Positions 1 to 9,311 of a stretch of 64,000 nt of DNA are shown here, in pieces. The DNA comes from Acutalibacteraceae bacterium (GTDB taxonomy: Bacteria; Bacillota; Clostridia; Oscillospirales; Acutalibacteraceae): assembly GCA_045593325.1 (NCBI GenBank), contig JAZNWL010000067.1, positions 1,149 through 65,148 on the forward strand, read 5' to 3'. Made by a program: the position numbers and the translations under genes. How positions within the stretch are numbered: the first letter of the stretch is position 1; each line of letters starts with the position of its first letter. The notes beneath the pieces were generated by a model. It was not told the DNA's origin, ran no database searches, and worked only from the letters and a program-made list of their open reading frames with translations.

Positions 1-3000
1 AGCGTTATCTTCAGCCAATTTTACATCACTGGGAGTTACCAGAGCGGTATTTGCTTCGATGAAAGCATCCCAGCCTTTTACAAGAGCTTGATATTCAGCA
101 TCCAAGCTATTGTAAGCAACGTAGATAGCATAGAAATCATCAGCAGTTGCATCGGCAGGATAGTTGCGGATATCGTCGGTGATACCGGCTGCGATGGCGC
201 GTTGAGCGTCGCTGGTGGCAAGAGCCAAGCCGTTCACAAAGTGGATATCATCCATACCGGCAACAAAACCGGTGGGAATGGTGATGTTGTTGATGTAGAA
301 ACGGAAGCTTTCCAGTCGAATGGCAGTGCCTTCAAATTTTTCGCCTTTGGCTTTGTTGGCCCATTCAAGAGGAAGAACAACGTGGTTCCAACCGTCTTCC
401 AATTCTTTGATCATGTCTTTGACATCACTGCTTTTCACTTTCAAGGTGTTGCCCCATTGGCTGGAGCCGCCGCCTTCTTTGGTGTCAATACCAAAGCCGG
501 CATCGTTGGTGGCTTTCAGAACGTCAGCGTCGGATACGTAGAAGTCGAAGGTAATGTACATATCTTCAACGTCACCAACAACCAATCTTACAGTACCTTC
601 TGCGTTGTTACCGTTAGCATCCACGAATTCATTTTGTTTGTGACCGTAAACATACAGGAACAAACGATTGGTGTCTTTCAAGGATTCTACCCAGAAATAT
701 CTGTCGCCCAAAACAGGAATATCGGATTTTTGACCGGCATTCCAAACACCGGCACCAATATCTTCAACGTTCAAGTCGTTGAGACGAGTTTGGTCGAAGG
801 TACGGAAGGTGATGTCATAGGCAGTGTTGGCAAGCAACATTTTGTTGTATTTTACGGAAGTTTCAGCATCCAACAAAGCAATAGCTTCTGCGGAAGCAGC
901 GTTGTACAAGTCGATAACGGCTTGCTTTTCAGCTTTAGAAGAATCATCGGTCAAAGCGTTGATGGCGGCAGTAAGTTCTGCAGCAGCGGCATCGTCGGCT
1001 ACCAATTTATCCATAGCGGCAACAGCGTTAGCCAAAGCATCTTTACCTTCAACGGAAAGTTTTGCGTTTTCGTTCAATGCAGCGTAGGCGTCACGAACGG
1101 CATAAACAGCATCTTTGTTTTCCAAAGTAATGTCAGCGGGAAGTTCAGCAATCAAAGCGTCCACTTCTGCGGCAGCAGTGGCGTCAGCTTCCAAAGCATC
1201 CAACATAACAACTACAGAGTAGAGTTTCTTGAAGGAGAATTCGCTTACCAAAGCTTTAGCGCCTTCGGGCAAAGCATTGTATTTGTCAGCAACGCGGTTG
1301 ATCAATTCGGCATCAGCCAAAGTGACTTCTTCAGCGTAAGGCAATTTAGCGATAGCTTTTTCCATGGCAGCAGCTCTGATATCATCAGAAGCAGCGTCGA
1401 TCAATTCTTGGATTTTTTCTTCAGCGGCAACCAGAACGTCGGTAGCGGATACGGTTACAGCGGCTTTGGTATCGTCTGCCAAAGCATCGTAGGATTCACG
1501 AGCAATTTCAACAACTGCTTCATCAGCCAATTCCAATTCATCCAAAGTGGGAATGGCATCGATTTTTGCATATACGTCATCCAAAGCGGCTTGTTCGGCA
1601 TTGATGGTTTCTACCAAGACGTTCAAGCCGGTGGTGTCTACATAGAGTTTTACATCGTCGCCCATAGCGTTGTATTCTTCAACAAGAGCGGCAACAGCAT
1701 CTTTGTCGGCATAAGTAACTTCGCCCATTTCGGCAACTTTTGCTTCAAAAGCATCAGCAACTTCAACCGCAGCTTCTTTAGCTTCCAGAACAGACAGGTT
1801 GGTTACGTAGGCTTTGTAGTCGTCACCCAAAGCGGTGTAAGCAGCTCTGGCTGCGGCAACGGTTTCCACAGTGTTAGCACCTGCGATTGCAGAAATAACG
1901 GGTTTGGCAACGTTGCGGTCTTGAACGTTCAACAAACCATTGTTATTCACGGCGCGAATGTCGTCGATGATAGCATAAGCTTTATCGGTACCGGCAACAA
2001 CAGCGTCGGAGAATACTACGGAATTTTCAAAGAACAAGCGCATATTACCAACGCCGTCTTTTTTAGCGCCGGAAGCGATGGGCAATACCAAGTGGTTCCA
2101 GCCTTCTTTTAAGGTAGAAATGCCGGCATTCCACAAATTGTCTTTGCCAATCCAGCCCAGGTCTTGGTTACCCCAAGAAGCGGGATCGTTTTTGCTACCA
2201 AAACCGAAGTTAAAGTCGGTATCGCCGGTCTTTTTCACGCTCCAACCGTGAACGTACAAGTCCATGGTGATGTAATTGGCTTTGCTCAAATCCCAATATT
2301 TGTCAACACCCATGATAGAAAGGTGCATTTTGGGGGTATCACCGTTAGCCCATTGCACTTTACCGGCACCGGTACCTTCGGTGTAGTTTTCGGTCCAAGG
2401 GGTGGGAGTGGTAGCATAAGGAGTATTTTCTTGAGGACCTGCGGGAACCATGATCCAACCCATGCCACAGTCAACACCTTCAACGCTGTAGAGGGATTGA
2501 TCAACAACCAAGGTAATTTCGTCGAATTTTTCCAGGTTGGTTACTTGTGCCAATTCATTGGCGGACAATTTTGCAAGAGCGGCTTTGGCAGCAGCAATGC
2601 CTTCAGCATCTTTAATGTTTTCAACTTCATTGATGGCGCCGATGGCGTCTTTGATTTTGTTTTCGGAAGCAGCTGTGGCTTCGTAAGCTTCAACGGTCAT
2701 GAAACGGATATCGTCCAAACGAATTTGAACGGTACCGTTTGTGCCATTGGGGTCTTGCCAGTTGAGTTGTTGATAGTTGAATTTGATACCCCAGATAGCA
2801 GTGGGATCCCAATAAGTTTCCCGACCGGCTTTCATGTAGGAAGTGCCCTCGGCGTTATCGGTAATCTTGATAGCCAAGTGGTTCCAACCGGGTTGGAGGC
2901 CGTTTTCAAGGCCCCAGATAGACCAGTCGGTACCTTTAACCTTGTCGATTTCAATGGATTCTTTGGCATTACCGAGATCTTTATCATACGAACCGTTTGC

Positions 3001-4536
3001 ATTATCAGAAGCACGGGTGATCAAACCAACAACCAAACGGCCGGCATTCAAACCGCCTTGAACAGTTTTGTCGAAATCGCCGCTGTATACATCTTTACCA
3101 TTTTCATCTTTATATACTTTGTAACTGTCACCACTGTTAAGGAATTCGGGATCTGCCCACAAATCGAATGCCAGGTAGAATTCGCCGTTTTCGTTGTAAA
3201 GGCTGGTAATATCCAAAGTATCGGTATCAGCAGTTCTGCCGTCGATACTACCCAACCAAGCGTTCATGACTTTGGTGCCGGAACGATGGTCAAGGTCTAC
3301 CAGGATGGAGCCGGTGCCTTCTACATAGTTTTCGGTATCTTTGTAGAAGTCCCCACGGGGGGTGTTTTGCCAACCGGTATCGTCGCAAGAACGGAGTTGA
3401 AGAGTTTGACCTTCGGTGGAAAGAATTTCGAACCCTACAGCTTTACCGGTGGCTTTCAAAGGAGCTTCTTCAGCAGTGTACAACGTACCTGCGGAATCGA
3501 AGCGTTTGTGTCTGTACAAATCATGACCTTCTGTGTCGCCACCGCAAGCAATGGCAACAATGCCGTCGCTGCTCTTGGAAACGAACCAGAAGCATAAGTA
3601 GTAAGTGCTGCCGGGAGCAACGCTAACGTTTTCACCAAAGTTCAAGGTGTAGAAATGGTTGTTAACGTCCCCAACACTGGTAACTTCAACTTCAGTGCTG
3701 AAGAAAGCTGCAGCGGTGGGAGTATCTTTGCGAAGTTCAACGTGAACAACGGCAGAGCCACTGGTCAGGTTGAAGTTCAATTTTGCACCGCAAATGGTGG
3801 AAGTGGTAGGAACAAATTCTTGGGCAAGGTATTGCATATCAATTGCATTGGGAGCGCTCAAATCTGCAGCAGCAAGAGAAGCCATGTGGTACAGTTGAGT
3901 GCCACTAACGGCAGATTTGGTGTAAGCTTCTTTTACCAAAACTACGTTGTCAATAGCAATGTAATCGGAAGCAGAACCGGTGAACAAGCTGTAAAAACGC
4001 AAGCATACTTGTTCAATGGTTTGGTCATCATCGGGATCTACAGGGATGGTAACGGTATTCCAGCCAGTAGTAACGTCTGCCAGATAGGTTTTCATAGCCA
4101 CTTTGGCATTGGCTTGGGTGGCGGAAGCAAGGTTAGTGTCCCCACCGTTGGTTTTGGTGGTTTGAACAGACAAGTTGCCCCAACCATCATTCAAGGACAT
4201 ACCGTCAGATAAGAACAAATCGAACTTAACAGCAGTAACGCCTTTAGCGGCAATACCGTTGCCGGAAGCACGCCAAATACCAATGTTAAGTTCTTCAACA
4301 CCGTCTTTGCTCTTAGTAAATTTAATAGCATTGCCGGTTTTGCCTGTGATGGATTCGCCGGCTCTATTACCGGAGAAGTTCACAGTGTTTGTTGTTTCGT
4401 CGCAAGTATGGAAAGAAACATCAACGGTTTCTGCTACTGCTTCTTCTGCAGAAACGGTGATAACGCCGGAGAACATGGTGATAACCATCATCAGCGCCAA
4501 AACCATTGCAAGCGAACGTTTGAACAATTTTTGCAT
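1..4536 (-). CDS. Large secreted multidomain surface protein, truncated at its 3' end by the window edge (at least 1512 codons)
   Basis: Absent from the ORF track because there is no stop inside the window. ATG at 4536 sits 7 nt downstream of AGGAGGA (rc of 4544-4550). Hand translation reads MQKLFKRSLAMVLALMMVITMFSGVITVSAEEAVAETV..., a signal peptide. I translated 4536-3901, 3600-3421, 1140-1021 and 60-1 by hand and the frame stays open. The + ORFs 88..2112, 2164..3597 and 3655..4212 lie in the complementary codon phase, so they are antisense shadows. Confidence 0.8.
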   Translation of the reverse strand, partial: MQKLFKRSLAMVLALMMVITMFSGVITVSAEEAVAETVDVSFHTCDETTNTVNFSGNRAGESITGKTGNAIKFTKSKDGVEELNIGIWRASGNGIAAKGVTAVKFDLFLSDGMSLNDGWGNLSVQTTKTNGGDTNLASATQANAKVAMKTYLADVTTGWNTVTIPVDPDDDQTIEQVCLRFYSLFTGSASDYIAIDNVVLVKEAYTKSAVSGTQLYHMASLAAADLSAPNAIDMQYLAQEFVPTTSTICGAKLNFNLTSGSAVVHVELRKDTPTAAAFFSTEVEVTSVGDVNNHFYTLNFGENVSVAPGSTYYLCFWFVSKSSDGIVAIACGGDTEGHDLYRHKRFDSAGTLYTAEEAPLKATGKAVGFEILSTEGQTLQLRSCDDTGWQNTPRGDFYKDTENYVEGTGSILVDLDHRSGTKVMNAWLGSIDGRTADTDTLDITSLYNENGEFYLAFDLWADPEFLNSGDSYKVYKDENGKDVYSGDFDKTVQGGLNAGRLVVGLITRASDNANGSYDKDLGNAKESIEIDKVKGTDWSIWGLENGLQPGWNHLAIKITDNAEGTSYMKAGRETYWDPTAIWGIKFNYQQLNWQDPNGTNGTVQIRLDDIRFMTVEAYEATAASENKIKDAIGAINEVENIKDAEGIAAAKAALAKLSANELAQVTNLEKFDEITLVVDQSLYSVEGVDCGMGWIMVPAGPQENTPYATTPTPWTENYTEGTGAGKVQWANGDTPKMHLSIMGVDKYWDLSKANYITMDLYVHGWSVKKTGDTDFNFGFGSKNDPASWGNQDLGWIGKDNLWNAGISTLKEGWNHLVLPIASGAKKDGVGNMRLFFENSVVFSDAVVAGTDKAYAIIDDIRAVNNNGLLNVQDRNVAKPVISAIAGANTVETVAAARAAYTALGDDYKAYVTNLSVLEAKEAAVEVADAFEAKVAEMGEVTYADKDAVAALVEEYNAMGDDVKLYVDTTGLNVLVETINAEQAALDDVYAKIDAIPTLDELELADEAVVEIARESYDALADDTKAAVTVSATDVLVAAEEKIQELIDAASDDIRAAAMEKAIAKLPYAEEVTLADAELINRVADKYNALPEGAKALVSEFSFKKLYSVVVMLDALEADATAAAEVDALIAELPADITLENKDAVYAVRDAYAALNENAKLSVEGKDALANAVAAMDKLVADDAAAAELTAAINALTDDSSKAEKQAVIDLYNAASAEAIALLDAETSVKYNKMLLANTAYDITFRTFDQTRLNDLNVEDIGAGVWNAGQKSDIPVLGDRYFWVESLKDTNRLFLYVYGHKQNEFVDANGNNAEGTVRLVVGDVEDMYITFDFYVSDADVLKATNDAGFGIDTKEGGGSSQWGNTLKVKSSDVKDMIKELEDGWNHVVLPLEWANKAKGEKFEGTAIRLESFRFYINNITIPTGFVAGMDDIHFVNGLALATSDAQRAIAAGITDDIRNYPADATADDFYAIYVAYNSLDAEYQALVKGWDAFIEANTALVTPSDVKLAEDNA

Positions 4537-4720
4537 AATATCTTCCTCCTAAAATATAGTGTGACCGAGCGCCCTGTATGTTGCTGCCCATATAACACAC
4601 CCAGTCTGCATTACGCATAATCAGTATATCACACTAAATTGGAAAAGTAAATAGGTTGTTCCCCTAAAATATGCAATTTTTTTTGTGAATTTTAACGAAA
4701 AGGAACTAAATATTACGATT

Positions 4721-4750
4721 CAAAAAAACAGCCCCCAAAAGGGGGCTGTT
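4721..4750 (-). terminator. Rho-independent terminator downstream of 4760..6199
   Basis: 10-bp GC-rich stem (acagccccc / gggggctgt) with an aaaa loop. It is followed on the minus strand by a T-run (A-run 4722-4727 on +) and lies 10 nt after the stop codon. Confidence 0.75.
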
Positions 4751-4759
4751 AGGATACTT

Positions 4760-6199
4760 TTACATGATAGGGGGTGCATAATATTGGTCTAACGCCGAAG
4801 GTTTTCCCACGGCAAATTTCAGCATTTCCAAGGCATCCTTGGCATTGATGCTGTTATTGGCGTCAATATCGGCAACAAAAAACTGAATATAGGAAGGAGT
4901 AGCCTTGTTTACTGCAAATTTCAATGCCAGCAAGGCATCCTTGGCATTTACCGCCTGATCGGCATTCAGGTCGCCCATATTATATTGCTTCCATTCTTCC
5001 ACAACGGCAATGACTGCGGTTAATTTTTCCACCAAGTCTTGATTCACAAGGGCTTTTTGGTCATCGGTCAAGGCGTTAAAGGCATCGCCGGCTTGTGCGA
5101 TGGCTTGTATATCATCCAAGGTAACGTCGGTGGGGGTGGGCAGGGCTTCGATCAAAGCTTCCACCCTACTTGCTTCGCGAGAATCCACTACCATTTGCAC
5201 CGCCGAAACCGCCTGACTTAATTTTTCTTTCGTCGCCTGGGATACCAGTTCTTTTTGAGTGGCGGTCAAGGCATCAAAGGATTCTTTTGCTTCCAATACC
5301 GCTTGTTCATGAGCAAGAGTAATGTCAGAAGGGGAGACCAATGCAGAAATTTGATCTTCTACTTTGGTGGCTGCTTCCAAATCTTTGGCATATTGTTCTT
5401 TGGCGGTGTTCAAAGCGTCCATGGCGGCGTTCAAATCATCCAATTTCATAACCAAGGCTTTGGCGTCGCCATTCAATGCACCGTAAGCAGCTACACAATT
5501 TACAATAGCTTCTTCATCGTTTACGGTGATTTTTTGGGGCAAAGCGGAAATCATTTCATCCACCTTCATAGCTGCCATTTTATTGGGGGTTAAAATTTCA
5601 AAACCTACGGTATAGCCGGTGGTTTTTAAGGGCAAATCCTTTTCTTCGTACAAAGTACCATAGGGATTGTCACCCGAACTGTGTTCGAACCGTTTATGAC
5701 GCCACAAATCCAAGCCCTCGTTGCAGGTAAAACTACCAACAGCAATGCAAACGGCTCCTGTGGATTTGGAAGAAAGCCAGAAGGTTAAGGCATATTTTTG
5801 ACCGGGAGTAACGGTAACGGTTTCCCCAAAATCGAAGGTATACCAAGCGGCCACGTTACCCAAGGCAACAATTTCCACGTCTTTTTGGAAAATGGCTTGA
5901 CCGTTGGCATCACCCTCACGAATTTCCAGGTGCATAGTACCTTGACCGCCACCATATTTTAACCGAAGCATGGCGCCGGAAATGGTTTCTTCGGCAGGGA
6001 CAAAATGTTGTGCCATATATTGGCCGTCCACGCCCTTGGGGTCATCGTTCACCGTAGCAAAACTCGTGCTGGTAACGTGATACAAATCCGCGTCATCCCC
6101 CACAAAGGCAGTGAAGGGGTCTAACGTTTCGGCAGACGTCACGGTGAACAAGGAAGCCACCATAAGCATAGCCAACACAAAAGAGACTGCTTTTTTCAT
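4760..6199 (-). CDS. Secreted protein with an N-terminal beta-rich domain paralogous to 1..4536, helical repeats and a C-terminal dockerin
   Basis: Start moved to the ATG at 6199 (MKKAVSFVLAMLMVASLFTVTSAE signal peptide) with AGGAGGAA upstream. The C-terminus reads GDLNADQAVNAKDALLALKFAV...DIDANNSINAKDALEMLKFAVGK, the duplicated Ca-loop/helix pattern of a dockerin. Confidence 0.85.
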   Translation of the reverse strand: MKKAVSFVLAMLMVASLFTVTSAETLDPFTAFVGDDADLYHVTSTSFATVNDDPKGVDGQYMAQHFVPAEETISGAMLRLKYGGGQGTMHLEIREGDANGQAIFQKDVEIVALGNVAAWYTFDFGETVTVTPGQKYALTFWLSSKSTGAVCIAVGSFTCNEGLDLWRHKRFEHSSGDNPYGTLYEEKDLPLKTTGYTVGFEILTPNKMAAMKVDEMISALPQKITVNDEEAIVNCVAAYGALNGDAKALVMKLDDLNAAMDALNTAKEQYAKDLEAATKVEDQISALVSPSDITLAHEQAVLEAKESFDALTATQKELVSQATKEKLSQAVSAVQMVVDSREASRVEALIEALPTPTDVTLDDIQAIAQAGDAFNALTDDQKALVNQDLVEKLTAVIAVVEEWKQYNMGDLNADQAVNAKDALLALKFAVNKATPSYIQFFVADIDANNSINAKDALEMLKFAVGKPSALDQYYAPPIM

Positions 6200-6221
6200 A
6201 ACAAATTCCTCCTGAATCTTT

Positions 6222-7151
6222 TTATTCCTCAAACAACGGGGTTGAAAAATATCGTTCGGCGGTATCGGGAAGCACCGTTACCACCCGTTTGCCTTTGCCA
6301 AGCAATCGAGCCAGGCGCAAAGCGGCTGCCACGTTGGTTCCACTGCTGATGCCGCATAAGATGCCTTCTTTGGCGGCCAGATCTTTGGAAGTTTTTAAGG
6401 CTTCTTCGTCTTTTACAATACAAACACTGTCAATGATTTCCTGATTTAAAATTTCGGGAATAATACCGTCCCCAATGCCCATTTGCACGTGGGTGCCGAT
6501 GGAGCCCCCGGAAAGGATGGCGGCATTTTCCGGTTCCACCGCCCAGATGATCATATCGGGGTTACGTTCTTTCAGCACTTCCCCAATGCCGGTAATGGTG
6601 CCCCCGGTTCCGATGCCGGAACAAAAACCGTGAATGGGGCCGTCCACCTGTTCCAGAATTTCCATGGCGGTGGCGGTACGTTGAATGGCGGGGTTGGCGG
6701 GATTTTCAAACTGTTGGGGAACGAACACGTTGGGGTCTTCAGCTTTCATTTTCAAAGCCAGTGCCAGACATTCTTCAATGCAAAGACCAATGTTGCCGGC
6801 GTCGTGAACCAGAATCACTTGGGCACCGTATTGGCGAACCAATTTCCGCCGCTCTTCGCTGACCGAGTCGGGCATGATGATCTTCACTTGCAACCCCATT
6901 ACCGCCCCTACCAAGGCAAGACCAATGCCCTGGTTGCCGCTGGTGGGTTCCACAATGATGGTGTTCTCATGAATTTTGCCGTCTTCCATGGCTTTGCGAA
7001 TCATATTATAAGCGGTACGGGTTTTAATGGACCCGCCCACGTTGAGCCCTTCAAATTTCACTAAAATTTCCGCATCTTCGGGACCGACCAACCGGTTCAG
7101 CCGAATGATGGGGGTATTGCCCATGGCATCTAAAATGGTGTTGCTGATCAT
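6222..7151 (-). CDS. cysK: Cysteine synthase / O-acetylserine sulfhydrylase family PLP enzyme
   Basis: 309 aa. Contains GNTPIIRLNRL, the PLP-lysine segment NVGGSIKTR, SGNQGIGLA and a GIGTGGTITG glycine loop. KTR instead of the usual KDR is noted. Confidence 0.8.
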   Translation of the reverse strand: MISNTILDAMGNTPIIRLNRLVGPEDAEILVKFEGLNVGGSIKTRTAYNMIRKAMEDGKIHENTIIVEPTSGNQGIGLALVGAVMGLQVKIIMPDSVSEERRKLVRQYGAQVILVHDAGNIGLCIEECLALALKMKAEDPNVFVPQQFENPANPAIQRTATAMEILEQVDGPIHGFCSGIGTGGTITGIGEVLKERNPDMIIWAVEPENAAILSGGSIGTHVQMGIGDGIIPEILNQEIIDSVCIVKDEEALKTSKDLAAKEGILCGISSGTNVAAALRLARLLGKGKRVVTVLPDTAERYFSTPLFEE

Positions 7152-7170
7152 AAATTACCTCGCGTTTATT

Positions 7171-7731
7171 TTATTCAACAGAACTATCGTATTCTGCAAT
7201 GTAGGGTAAATTGCGGTATTCTTCGTGGCAATCCAAACCGTAACCGATTACGAATTTATCTTCAATGGTAAACAGGGAAACGTCAGCTTTAAAATCCACA
7301 ACACGGCGTTCGGGTTTATCCAACAAGGTTACCACTTTTAACGAAAGAGGATTTCTTGCCTTCAACATTCTTACCACATCGTTTAACGTTCTGCCGGTAT
7401 CTAAAATATCCTCTACTATAATTACATGATATTTGCTGACGTCATATTCCAGATCCATGGTGATTTTTACCACCCCGGTGGAGACGGTGCCGCTGTAATA
7501 ACTTTTGGCACACATAAAACCGATTTCACAAGGCACGGTGATGGCACGGCACAGGTCAGCCATGAACACAAAGGCGCCTTTTAAAATGCTCACCAACAAA
7601 ATGGGGCGACCGTCATAGGAATCGCTGATGTCTTTCCCGGCTTTGGCAATGGCGGCATCAATTTCCTCTTTGGAAATCAAAACCCCTTTGATATGTTTTT
7701 CGTAATTTTCAATGTTTTTATGTTGTGCCAT
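7171..7731 (-). CDS. hpt: Hypoxanthine phosphoribosyltransferase
   Basis: PRPP-binding motif VIIVEDILDTGRTL plus FVIGYGLDCHEEYRNLPYI. Start set to the ATG at 7731 (MAQHKNIENYEK) behind AAGGAGAA. Confidence 0.9.
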   Translation of the reverse strand: MAQHKNIENYEKHIKGVLISKEEIDAAIAKAGKDISDSYDGRPILLVSILKGAFVFMADLCRAITVPCEIGFMCAKSYYSGTVSTGVVKITMDLEYDVSKYHVIIVEDILDTGRTLNDVVRMLKARNPLSLKVVTLLDKPERRVVDFKADVSLFTIEDKFVIGYGLDCHEEYRNLPYIAEYDSSVE

Positions 7732-7872
7732 AAAAGGATTCTCCTTTATTTTACAAAGTATGAGTTCAGTATAATACAAGTTACAACAAATTTCAACCTT
7801 TTCCCAAAAGGTGATTTACTTTTTGCAATAATTATGGTATGGTGGTTAAAACTTTATATGGGAGGGGATTTT

Positions 7873-9114
7873 ATGCCGTCAAAAAATCCTTTTGCCAAAA
7901 CCAAATACACTTGTTATTACACCTATCTTGCCATGTCTTCGATTTTCAGCCTGCCCCCTGTTTTGCTGGTAACCCTGCGGGAGACGTATGGCATTTCTTA
8001 CACCCTGTTGGGCACATTGGTATTGACCAATTTCTGCACCCAACTGCTGGTGGATCTGATTTTCACCTTTTTTGCCAAACGGTTCAACATTCATGCTACC
8101 ATTAAGATCATGCCGTTGCTGACCTCTTTGGGGGTGGGGGTCTACGCCATTCTGCCCAACCTATTTCCCCAGTACGCATTTTGGGGGTTGTTTGCAGGCA
8201 CGGTGATCTTCTCGGTGGCGGCGGGGCTGTGCGAAGTATTATTAAGCCCCTTGGTGGCGGCGTTGCCTTCGGAGGATCCGGGGAAAGACATGAGCACCCT
8301 GCACTCCCTTTACGCTTACGGAGTGGTAACGGTGGTGGTCATCAGCACGGTGTTCCTGGAACTGTGCGGGCGGGAACACTGGATGTACCTGGCGTTGTTC
8401 TGGGCAATTCTCCCCATTGTTTCCTGTTATTTATACTGCACCTCTCCCTTGCCGGACATGGACCTTTCCCACGGGGGAACTGCCAAGGGTTCTTCCAAAA
8501 CAGGAGTTGGGCTGGCTTTATGCGTGGGCTGTATTTTCCTGGGAAGCGCTTCGGAAAACGCCATGACCAACTGGATCTCGGGATTTGCAGAAAATGCCTT
8601 GGGGATTTCTAAGATCCTTGGGGATATTTTTGGTCTTGCCTTGTTTGGCATTTTGTTGGGACTGGGGCGAACTGCCTATGCCAAATACGGGAAGAATATT
8701 TTAAAGGTTTTATTATTCGGTATGATGGGCGCTGTTCTTTGTTACCTGGTTACGGGGCTTGTGAACAACTCGGTGGTGGCACTGATTGCCTGTGTACTCA
8801 CCGGGATTTGCACCTCCATGTTATGGCCCGGCACCCTGATTGCCATGGAAGAAAACATTCCCCACGTGGGGGTTGCGGCGTATGCCCTCATGGCGGCAGG
8901 AGGTGACCTGGGCGGTTCGGTGGCTCCCCAACTGTTGGGCATCATCGTGGACACGGTCAGCCAAACCAACTGGGCGGTTTCTTTGGGAAACACCTTTTCC
9001 CTGACCCCGGAACAGATTGGCATGAAAGCGGGCATGCTCACCGCCGCTTTGTTCCCCTTGCTGGGAATTGGAATCCTGCTGATTATGATGCGGTATTTTA
9101 AGAAAAAGGCATAA
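7873..9114 (+). CDS. MFS-type transporter (about 12 hydrophobic segments)
   Basis: Start set to the ATG at 7873, behind GGAGGGG. The protein is uniformly hydrophobic, about 413 aa, with an MFS-like arrangement. The ORF upstream of 7873 overlaps the hpt promoter region and is probably not translated. Confidence 0.7.
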   Translation: MPSKNPFAKTKYTCYYTYLAMSSIFSLPPVLLVTLRETYGISYTLLGTLVLTNFCTQLLVDLIFTFFAKRFNIHATIKIMPLLTSLGVGVYAILPNLFPQYAFWGLFAGTVIFSVAAGLCEVLLSPLVAALPSEDPGKDMSTLHSLYAYGVVTVVVISTVFLELCGREHWMYLALFWAILPIVSCYLYCTSPLPDMDLSHGGTAKGSSKTGVGLALCVGCIFLGSASENAMTNWISGFAENALGISKILGDIFGLALFGILLGLGRTAYAKYGKNILKVLLFGMMGAVLCYLVTGLVNNSVVALIACVLTGICTSMLWPGTLIAMEENIPHVGVAAYALMAAGGDLGGSVAPQLLGIIVDTVSQTNWAVSLGNTFSLTPEQIGMKAGMLTAALFPLLGIGILLIMMRYFKKKA

Positions 9115-9260
9115 GTAAAAAGCAAAATCCCGAGGAGAAAGCGTAATGTCGTTAGCGAAGTTTTTATTTTAACACAGATAAATATAATGTGTTAGAAGAA
9201 CCAGCATCGCATTTGTAAGTACAAATACAGTTGGGCAAAGCCCAAACCCACTAACAACAG

Positions 9261-9303
9261 AGAAAGAGAAGACTCAAACGAGTGAGCCTTCTCTTTCTTT
9301 TTT
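9261..9303 (+). terminator. Rho-independent terminator, about 150 nt downstream of the MFS stop
   Basis: Perfect 11-bp stem agaaagagaag (9261-9271) / cttctctttct (9288-9298) running into a T-run at 9298-9303. Confidence 0.7.
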
Positions 9304-9311
9304 ATCTGTAA

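Noticed and set aside
88-4212. Very long + strand ORFs (88..2112, 674 aa; 2164..3597, 477 aa; 3655..4212, 185 aa)
   Set aside because: Their translations are low-complexity (G/V/F/S/N-rich) with no recognisable domain, SD or signal. They lie in the codon phase exactly complementary to the minus-strand gene 1..4536, which has an SD, a signal peptide and domain homology to its neighbour. They are antisense shadow ORFs.
4824-4849. 26-nt exact repeat ATTTCCAAGGCATCCTTGGCATTGAT, also at 47514-47539, containing the palindrome CCAAGG-CAT-CCTTGG. Considered as a dispersed repeat, MITE end or regulatory hairpin.
   Set aside because: Both copies lie in frame within the conserved dockerin helix (INAKDALE). 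The palindrome is a by-product of the codons AAG GAT GCC TTG. Related but non-identical versions occur in the other dockerins.
7732-7872. Looked for a purine riboswitch upstream of hpt
   Set aside because: The leader between the predicted promoter (TTGAAA-17-TATACT) and the SD is only about 35 nt and shows no three-way junction motif.
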